A stretch of DNA of 12,257 nucleotides. Source: Terriglobia bacterium (GTDB taxonomy: Bacteria; Acidobacteriota; Terriglobia; Bryobacterales; Bryobacteraceae). The notes under the pieces are model-generated. The model saw only the letters and a program-made list of their open reading frames with translations, searched no databases and was not told the DNA's origin. The stretch is taken from positions 1 to 12,257 of the forward strand of contig JAENWC010000392.1 in NCBI GenBank assembly GCA_016650235.1, read 5' to 3'. How positions within the stretch are numbered: position 1 is the stretch's first letter; the number at the start of each line of letters is the position of its first letter. Positions 1 to 7,031 of the stretch are shown piece by piece. A program made the position numbers and the translations under genes.

Positions 1-1
1 C

Positions 2-1315
<1,314 letters not shown>

Positions 1316-1319
1316 GGGG

Positions 1320-1811
1320 ATGAAGGCACTGGCCGCGCCCATGCCTCTGCTCACATACAAAGACGCCCGGCCGTGGGCCAAGGCCGTCAACTCCAAGTTC
1401 GTGATTCCACCCGGGGCCGGCGCGCATGAGGTAAAGTCCACCATCACGCTGCGCGCGGATGCGAAGCTCATCAATCTGATGCCGCACATGCATCTGCGCG
1501 GCAAGGATTTCCTGTATCGAGCCACTTACCCCACCGGGGAAACCGAAACCCTGCTCAGCGTCCCGCGCTATGACTTCAACTGGCAGCTTTATTACTATGT
1601 CGACGGCGAGAAGCTGCTGCCCAAGAACACGCGTCTGGATTGCACGGCGCACTTTGACAACTCGGCCAACAACAAGGACAACCCGGACGCCTCCAAAGAG
1701 GTCCGTTGGGGCGACCAAAGCTGGGAGGAGATGATGATTGGCTGGTTTGACGTGGCCATCGACGCCAAGATGGAACCATCGGCTTTGTTGCGCCAGCCAA
1801 AATCAGAATAA
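1320..1811 (+). CDS. Truncated paralog of the upstream gene: ~20-aa cytochrome-domain fragment joined directly to the CuM half-domain; probable gene remnant
   Basis: GAGGAG sits 7 nt upstream of ATG 1320 (the last codons of ORF1). LLTYKDARPWAKAV matches ORF1 aa 43-56 (FFTYKETRPWAKAM). The sequence then jumps to NSKFVIPPGAGAH...PHMHLRGK...DFNWQ...FDNSANNK...EVRWGDQSWEEMMIG, which matches ORF1 aa ~280-400. There is no signal peptide, no CxxCH and no HH site. Confidence 0.5.
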   Translation: MKALAAPMPLLTYKDARPWAKAVNSKFVIPPGAGAHEVKSTITLRADAKLINLMPHMHLRGKDFLYRATYPTGETETLLSVPRYDFNWQLYYYVDGEKLLPKNTRLDCTAHFDNSANNKDNPDASKEVRWGDQSWEEMMIGWFDVAIDAKMEPSALLRQPKSE

Positions 1812-1822
1812 GGGCAATGGGG

Positions 1823-2485
1823 ATGAAGTTTGCCGCAGTTTGCGCCCTATGCGCCTTCTGCATTATTCCGGCCCGCGCGCACGAGACCATCTCGACCAAA
1901 CTCACCTGGACCCGCGAAATCTCGCGCATCCTGTATAAGCATTGCGGATCATGCCACAAGGAAGGCGGGCCGTCCTTTTCGCTGATGAGTTATGAAGAGG
2001 CGCGCCCGTGGGCGAAGGCTATCAAGGAAGAGGTTCTCGAACGGCGCATGCCTCCCTGGAGCGCGGTGAAAGGATTCGGCGAGTTTGCCCATGATGAGGC
2101 GCTGTCGATGGAAGATCTCCATCTGATCTCCGATTGGGTGGAGGGCGGGGCTCCGCAAGGCGATCCGAAGTATCTGCCGGACGCGCCCCGATACAAGGAT
2201 GCGCCGAAGCCCCGGCTGATACAGGGGCGCGTGGTGAGTGGTGAATACAAGCTGCGATCCGCGATGAGGGTTCGCGCGGTGCGTCCCGAAGGGCTGGCCG
2301 AGGGCGGGTGGCTGAAGGCGATCGCGGTGCTGCCGGACGGCCGGGTGGAGCCGCTCCTTTGGATCTACAACTATCAGCAGAAGTGGCCACGGAACTACAC
2401 CTTTCAGGACGCGATCGCGCTTCCGGCGGGCGCGGCGGTGCAGGTGGCACCGGCGGGAGCCAAGCTGGTTTTGTCATCACGGTAG
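1823..2485 (+). CDS. Secreted c-type cytochrome domain (CGSCH) followed by a degenerate, 3'-truncated CuH-like segment lacking His ligands; paralog of ORF1
   Basis: AAGGG lies 8 nt upstream of ATG 1823; the in-frame ATG at 1817 is also possible. The signal peptide is MKFAAVCALCAFCIIPARA|HE. CGSCH and YEEARPWAKAIKEEVLERRMPPW, plus LISDWVEGGA, align with the ORF1 N-domain. The C-terminal part (VRPEGLAEGGWLKAIAVLPDGRVEPLLWIYNY) aligns with ORF1 [31 protein letters not shown], but HH is replaced by LW. The ORF stops at TAG 2483-2485, only 2 nt from the convergent gene. Confidence 0.6.
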   Translation: MKFAAVCALCAFCIIPARAHETISTKLTWTREISRILYKHCGSCHKEGGPSFSLMSYEEARPWAKAIKEEVLERRMPPWSAVKGFGEFAHDEALSMEDLHLISDWVEGGAPQGDPKYLPDAPRYKDAPKPRLIQGRVVSGEYKLRSAMRVRAVRPEGLAEGGWLKAIAVLPDGRVEPLLWIYNYQQKWPRNYTFQDAIALPAGAAVQVAPAGAKLVLSSR

Positions 2486-2487
2486 TC

Positions 2488-3111
2488 TCAATTGGCCGGA
2501 ACGGGCGGGTTGGCTTCGTTTTGACGGCGTTGTGAGGCGAGGCTGAATGCGGCCGCTTCGGCTTCAAATTGGGATACGGAGTAATCGATAGTTGCGTTTG
2601 TGGCGAATTGGCTTCGTTTCGCCATTTTGTCGATGGGGACCAGCGGGGATATGTTTTCCGCGTTGAGATGGTTCGCGTTTTCCAGGACATAGCGGTCGGA
2701 CTGAAGAACGCGGAGTTCGCGCAGGGCGCGATAGTAGGACTTCTCGGCGCGTGCGAAGTAGCGGGCGTAACGGTCGCATTGGGAGGCGAGGCCCGAGTCG
2801 GAGAGCGGGTCGATGCCGGATTCGGCGATCTGGGCTTCGAGGCGGCGTATGCGTCGCATGTTCCAGGCGGCGTGGAGCAGGTTGTCGAACGCGGTGAGTT
2901 CGAGCTGGCCATTGGGTTTGATTTGTCCGGTGAGTGAGATCTGGAAATCGAGGAAGTCGTCCTGTTCGTGGGGAAGGATGACGAGGTCCTTGGATGTGAG
3001 GCCGTGGGTGCGTGCGTTTTGCGCGGAAGCTGCTTTGCCTTCCTGGGTGCATGGGCCAGTGGAGAGTTGGGCGTTGGCGCGATTGGCTTCGATTTGCGGT
3101 AGTGAAGACAT
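2488..3111 (-). CDS. Hypothetical protein, 207 aa, no family recognised
   Basis: ATG is at 3111..3109, preceded by AAAAGGAG 7 nt upstream (plus strand ctcctttt at 3121-3128). The composition is normal with a central predicted helical region. The overlapping longer minus ORFs are Pro/Arg/Ser-rich low-complexity frames. Codon usage (CTC, CAA, AAA; C- and A-ending codons) differs from neighbouring genes. Confidence 0.6.
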   Translation of the reverse strand: MSSLPQIEANRANAQLSTGPCTQEGKAASAQNARTHGLTSKDLVILPHEQDDFLDFQISLTGQIKPNGQLELTAFDNLLHAAWNMRRIRRLEAQIAESGIDPLSDSGLASQCDRYARYFARAEKSYYRALRELRVLQSDRYVLENANHLNAENISPLVPIDKMAKRSQFATNATIDYSVSQFEAEAAAFSLASQRRQNEANPPVPAN

Positions 3112-3593
3112 GGGATGAGACTCCTTTTATGAGCGATACGGGCCAAGGCAGGCTGGTGGGAGGCGGGGCGCGCGACGGACCATGCCTCCTTACTTTCAGT
3201 TTAGCGCACGGGGCCAAAAGCGGCGGTTTGGAATTTGGCTGGATGTTTAGTGTTATGAGTTGTTTACAGGGATTTTTTATGGTTGTGATCGGCACCGGCC
3301 TATTTCTGCTTTTTGACTCAGAAAGGCCCCCAGCGCCGCGGCTTCAACATCACGCTTACTACAAATCCGACTAGGGATTCAAGATATCGTTGATGCGCTC
3401 CTCCGTTAGCCGCGTATGAGTGTTAGCCTCAGCTAATGGGATGATCCGCCCAAGAGTATTCCGGATGAACGACACTCGGGAGTTGACAACAGCAGATCGG
3501 TAAACCAAACGGCGTTACTCGGCCTAGTTTGACAGTAGCCAATAGTAATGCGCATGCCTTGCCAGCCGTTACTGGAAGTTCTCCGGCGACCAG

Positions 3594-5621
3594 TTACCGA
3601 TTCTCTGCGGCAGGGCCCGACGCCGCCAAGGGATGCCCAACGTCTTTCCCGGTGAGCAATTGAGCAAGGAACGCAGAAAAGATACCACTGCTGCCGTCGG
3701 CTGCACCCGCGCCGACCAGAATGTCCGGGGTAATCTTGAGTCCGGCTGCGGCAATGGATTTCGCGACTTCGATTGCAGTCAGGTTTAACTGTCCAACTGC
3801 GGCGACCTGTTTCTGGAAGGCTTCCGCGGTCGCGCTTCCCACAGCGAGAACCTTTTTCCCTGAGGCTTGTCCCAGCATCTCGATGGCGCGGGCTTCGCCC
3901 TCGGCCCGGATAATGGTCTGTTGCCGGGTCTGTTCAGCTATTTGGACGCCGACCTGAGCGGCAACCAGATCGGGCTGCTTGTCGGCTGTAGCTCGTGTAT
4001 TGTCGGTCGCAATCCTTTTCTCTTCCGCTCTCTGCTGCTCCACATACATCTCTTGCTGTTGCGTTGCAATGACCCGTTTCGTTTGGATCTCCATCAAATT
4101 TTGTGGAAGAACGATCTGGGAAATGAGTACCGAGACGATCTCGACATGGTACTTTTCGAGCTCGGTGCGAGCCTGCTTTTCTATCTTGTGCTGTTCCAGG
4201 GTGCGGTCTTGCATGAATCGCATCGCCTCGGTCGAGGAGGCCTGATTGCGGAAGCACGAGTCAATCATCGGGTGGACAACGTGCTCAACCAGATTATGGA
4301 GCGATCCGATTTTAGAGACCATCAAGGGAGCCTGGTCGGGCCGAATCCGAATGATGACTTTCACGCTCACCTGCATTTCAAAACCATCACGGCTGATCAC
4401 CGTAAGCTCGTCGAACACCTGGGGTAACGCGCTTAGTCCGCTCTTGCTTAGCGTGACACCAGCAACTTCTTCGCCTCCGCCTTGTTCCGCCCAATCGATC
4501 GTAATGTTGGTCGTCGGGATGATGTAGGGGATATAAGCCCAGCGGTTAAGATAATAGGCACCCGGTCCGGCCACCTCGACCTGGATACCCCGGCAACCGG
4601 CCGGAACCACGTACCGCTCCTGACCGGAGCGCAGTCTATCCTCCGTGGTGAGCCAGTCCGGTTCGCCGCCTACGTTTGACACGAGTACGGCGACCTCTCC
4701 TCGGTTGACAACCATCACCTCATCTAGCTTCACATTGAACATCAACGGGTTGACATAATAGGTTCCGGGCTTCAGTAGATCAAACTGAGGCCCGCGCAGC
4801 CCCCTGCTAGCCAGAAAGGCCGGGGCGTCCTGAAAATCATTGTGATGCTCCACATGTGGAGCCACCAAGTCACCCGATGGCAAAGGTTGGCCGTCATTCG
4901 CCGTCACCAGACCAACTTGATTCGCCTCAATGACGGTTGCTTCCTTTACCTCTATTTGGAACAGGTCGGTATTGATCCGATACCGCCCGGGAAGAATGAC
5001 CTCGATCTGCGGGCCACGCTGGCCGCCATTCTTGAGAAAAGTCTCTCCGTCCTGGAATGAATTATGTCCCTCCGCTTTCTGAGCGAGCAGGCGGCCGGCC
5101 TGTATCACACTTCCATCCCGAGCGCTCGCGACGCCGACATGGCCTGGAGGAATGGTTGTTACCGGCACCAGTCGCACGTGGAACAAGTATGAGTTAATCC
5201 GGTACTTGCCAGGTGGAAGAACATCTACCTGGGGTCCCTTTTGGCCTCCATTGTGAAGGAAGGCTTCGCCATCCTGGAAGTTGCCGTGGCTGGCGACGTG
5301 GCGTGCGAAGATCTGGCCCGGCTGGAGGGGCAGACCATCAATGGACTCGACGAGTCCAACTTGCTCGTCTTGTACGACAATCATCTCCTCTCGCGACACT
5401 TTGTAGAGGAAGGGAGGCAGTACGTAAAGCCCGGGTTTTAGTGATCTCGCTTGAAACCCAATCTCTCCCCGCATGGCGACAACTCGCGCTTCCGGTAGCG
5501 AACGGCCTAGGTAACGGCGTTCTCTGATCCCAACCTCCGACCCTCTGACGCTAACCAGCATCCTCCCGCCAAACACAAGCAGTACCACCACTACTGCCAG
5601 AACGATCAGTTCCACATTCAT
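3594..5621 (-). CDS. Flotillin-like SPFH/Band 7 family protein with an N-terminal TM anchor, 4-5 tandem ~75-85-aa repeats, an SPFH core and a flotillin C-terminal helical region
   Basis: The start was re-called at the internal ATG 5621..5619 (MNVELIVLAVVVVLLVFGG, a TM helix) because AAGGAG sits 8 nt upstream; the longest-ORF start at 5660 has no RBS. Repeats share ...QVGLV..DG.PL..G..VA.HV..H..FQDxxxFLxNGGQxGPQxxVLPPGxYRINxxLFxV. The SPFH core is VISRDGFEMQVSVKVIIRI...EQQRAEEKRIA...IRAEGEARAIEML. The C-terminal tail contains KITPDILVGAG. Confidence 0.85.
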   Translation of the reverse strand: MNVELIVLAVVVVLLVFGGRMLVSVRGSEVGIRERRYLGRSLPEARVVAMRGEIGFQARSLKPGLYVLPPFLYKVSREEMIVVQDEQVGLVESIDGLPLQPGQIFARHVASHGNFQDGEAFLHNGGQKGPQVDVLPPGKYRINSYLFHVRLVPVTTIPPGHVGVASARDGSVIQAGRLLAQKAEGHNSFQDGETFLKNGGQRGPQIEVILPGRYRINTDLFQIEVKEATVIEANQVGLVTANDGQPLPSGDLVAPHVEHHNDFQDAPAFLASRGLRGPQFDLLKPGTYYVNPLMFNVKLDEVMVVNRGEVAVLVSNVGGEPDWLTTEDRLRSGQERYVVPAGCRGIQVEVAGPGAYYLNRWAYIPYIIPTTNITIDWAEQGGGEEVAGVTLSKSGLSALPQVFDELTVISRDGFEMQVSVKVIIRIRPDQAPLMVSKIGSLHNLVEHVVHPMIDSCFRNQASSTEAMRFMQDRTLEQHKIEKQARTELEKYHVEIVSVLISQIVLPQNLMEIQTKRVIATQQQEMYVEQQRAEEKRIATDNTRATADKQPDLVAAQVGVQIAEQTRQQTIIRAEGEARAIEMLGQASGKKVLAVGSATAEAFQKQVAAVGQLNLTAIEVAKSIAAAGLKITPDILVGAGAADGSSGIFSAFLAQLLTGKDVGHPLAASGPAAENR

Positions 5622-5629
5622 TGTGATTT

Positions 5630-5635
5630 CTCCTT
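5630..5635 (-). promoter_or_regulatory. Shine-Dalgarno AAGGAG for the flotillin gene (8-nt spacer to ATG 5621)
   Basis: The plus strand reads ctcctt at 5630-5635, which is AAGGAG on the minus strand. The context is GCAAAGGAGAAATCACAATG. Confidence 0.6.
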
Positions 5636-5676
5636 TGCTCGCCGATGATAGGCGCGCCATACTACGATTTCCGGTT

Positions 5677-6297
5677 TCATGCCTTCTTCGCGAACTCGCT
5701 GCGGTGGCGGCTGTAAAACAGGTAGATCAACAGTCCGAGCACCAACCAGACGACGAAACGCACCCAGGTGATGACCGCAAGTCCCATCATCAGACCGCCG
5801 CAGAGTGCGGTGGAGATCAGAGGGAACCACGGCACCAGAGGCACTTCAAACAAGCGCGGACGGTCGGGCTGGGTGCGGCGCAGGACGATCACGCCGAGCG
5901 AGACGAGCACGAATGCGAAGAGCGTGCCGATGTTGGAAAGGTCGCCGGCGTCGCTGATGGCAAATATTCCTCCGGGAATGCCAACAGCAAAGCCGGCGAT
6001 CCAGGTGGACAAATGTGGCGTCCTGAACTTGGGATGAATGGCGGAAAAGAACTTGGGGAAGAGATCATCGCGCGACATGGCGTGCCAGATGAGAGCCTGG
6101 CCGTATTGGAAGACCAGCAGTGAGGAGATCATTCCCGTGAGGGCGCCGATCCCCAGCGCGGCCAGCGACCATGGGTCGAGTGTCTTTTGCAGCCTGTGTC
6201 CCGGGGCCTCGGACCCGGAGATCAGCTTGTCGATGGATTTGCGGGAGAAAAGCTGATTCCAGAAGCTATGATTCTCCGATGTGTGGATCACTTTCAT
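5677..6297 (-). pseudogene. APC-superfamily (cationic amino-acid transporter-like) permease remnant: N-terminal ~55 aa fused in frame to C-terminal ~150 aa, central core missing
   Basis: The N-terminus FSRKSIDKL...LQKTLDPWSLAALGIGALTG matches the cytoplasmic N-tail and TM1 GxG motif of APC/CAT permeases. It continues directly into ISSLLVFQYGQALIWHAMSRDDLFPKFFSAIHPKFRTP...FEVPLVPWFPLIS...TWVRFVVWLVLGLLIYLFY, the characteristic last 3-4 TMs. Overall length is 206 aa, where an intact permease would have about 450. The RBS is intact (AAAGAGGAA 6 nt upstream of ATG 6297). Confidence 0.5.
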
Positions 6298-6321
6298 ATT
6301 TCCTCTTTGCGTTCCCAGGCT

Positions 6322-6348
6322 GGAATAGCGCTAATTTTCGCCTCCGAC
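6322..6348 (+). promoter_or_regulatory. Candidate ECF-type promoter (GGAAT - 18 nt - CGAC) upstream of the sigma factor gene
   Basis: GGAAT is at 6322-6326 and CGAC at 6345-6348. This resembles the generic ECF -35 GGAAC / -10 CGTC architecture. ECF sigma factors are commonly autoregulated. The match is by eye only. Confidence 0.2.
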
Positions 6349-6393
6349 CTATGACGCGCCATTTCTTTCTCTGCGGGGTCACCTCCAGATCGG

Positions 6394-6414
6394 CGGATGG
6401 GGGGCGGATGGGGG
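6394..6414 (+). repeat. Tandem 11-bp direct repeat CGGATGGGGGG / CGGATGGGGG in the sigma-factor leader
   Basis: Read directly at 6394-6404 and 6405-6414. The second copy contains the alternative in-frame ATG 6408. Confidence 0.5.
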
Positions 6415-6458
6415 AAATTAGCTTGCATATTAGGAAAGGGTGGCGTATAAAACAAACT

Positions 6459-7031
6459 ATGGCCCAGCCCGGAGACGTTACGAGCCTGTTGGCTGAAATT
6501 CATCGCGGAAACCGCCGCGCTGAGTCGGAGCTGATCCCATTGATTTACGACGAGTTGCACCGCCTTGCCGCATACTACATGCGGCGCGAGAGATCCGACC
6601 ATACGTTGCAGGCAACCGCCCTAGTGCATGAGGTTTACCTGCGGCTTTCGAAGCAGCGCGAAGTGACCTGGCAGAACAAGGCCCACTTCTTTGCGATTGC
6701 CGGAAGCTTGATGCGCCGCATTCTCGTGGATCATGCTCGTGCGCATAGCCGAAGCAAGCGCGGAGGCTTACAGCAGAAGATCTCCCTAGAGGAAGCGCTG
6801 CTCTTCTCAGAAGAGCAATCCGAAGAGCTAATGCTATTGGACACGGCACTGGCTCAACTCACTGAAGAGCACCCCCGGCAGAGTCAGATCGTGGAACTGC
6901 GGTTTTTCGGAGGGCTCACCGTGGAGGAAATCGCGGAGGTTTTGAAGGTTTCGCCCAAAACGGTAAAGCGCGACTGGAGCGTAGCTCGTGCTTGGCTTTA
7001 TCGCGAAATCCACAAACAGGAAGCTGGATGA
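6459..7031 (+). CDS. ECF-subfamily RNA polymerase sigma factor (sigma-70 regions 2 and 4)
   Basis: MAQPGDVTSLLAEI...LIPLIYDELHRLAAYYMRRERSDHTLQATALVHEVYLRL is region 2. ELRFFGGLTVEEIAEVLKVSPKTVKRDWSVARAWL is the region 4 HTH. The 190-aa length is typical. The track ORF beginning at 6171 overlaps the divergent gene and is not used. An alternative in-frame start exists at 6408. Confidence 0.9.
   Translation: MAQPGDVTSLLAEIHRGNRRAESELIPLIYDELHRLAAYYMRRERSDHTLQATALVHEVYLRLSKQREVTWQNKAHFFAIAGSLMRRILVDHARAHSRSKRGGLQQKISLEEALLFSEEQSEELMLLDTALAQLTEEHPRQSQIVELRFFGGLTVEEIAEVLKVSPKTVKRDWSVARAWLYREIHKQEAG

Noticed and set aside
2569-2937. 122-aa plus-strand ORF inside the 207-aa gene region
   Set aside because: It is Gly/Val/Ala-rich, typical of the antisense strand of a C-ending-codon gene, and has no RBS.
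2022-3295. Long minus-strand ORFs (374 aa and 243 aa) rich in Pro/Arg/Ser/Thr
   Set aside because: They are low-complexity alternative frames overlapping ORF3 and the better-supported 207-aa gene, which has the RBS.
3297-3328. Imperfect hairpin GGCCTATTTCTG...CAGAAAGGCC with a T-rich loop
   Set aside because: It has mismatches and no flanking U-tract in either orientation, so it was not called a terminator.
5623-6123. 166-aa plus-strand ORF opposite the permease remnant
   Set aside because: It is antisense to a frame with unmistakable APC transmembrane motifs, and is His/Asp/Arg-rich.
6171-6458. 5' extension of the sigma-factor ORF back to ATG 6171
   Set aside because: It would overlap the divergent permease gene by about 130 nt and adds an Arg/Cys-rich, non-conserved-looking N-terminus. 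ECF sigma factors of this type begin at the MxxPGDVT motif.
6992-7027. 12-codon 5' extension of the kinase ORF (MALSRNPQTGSW)
   Set aside because: The ATG at 7028 gives the canonical ATGA overlap with the sigma stop and has an AGGAAG SD.
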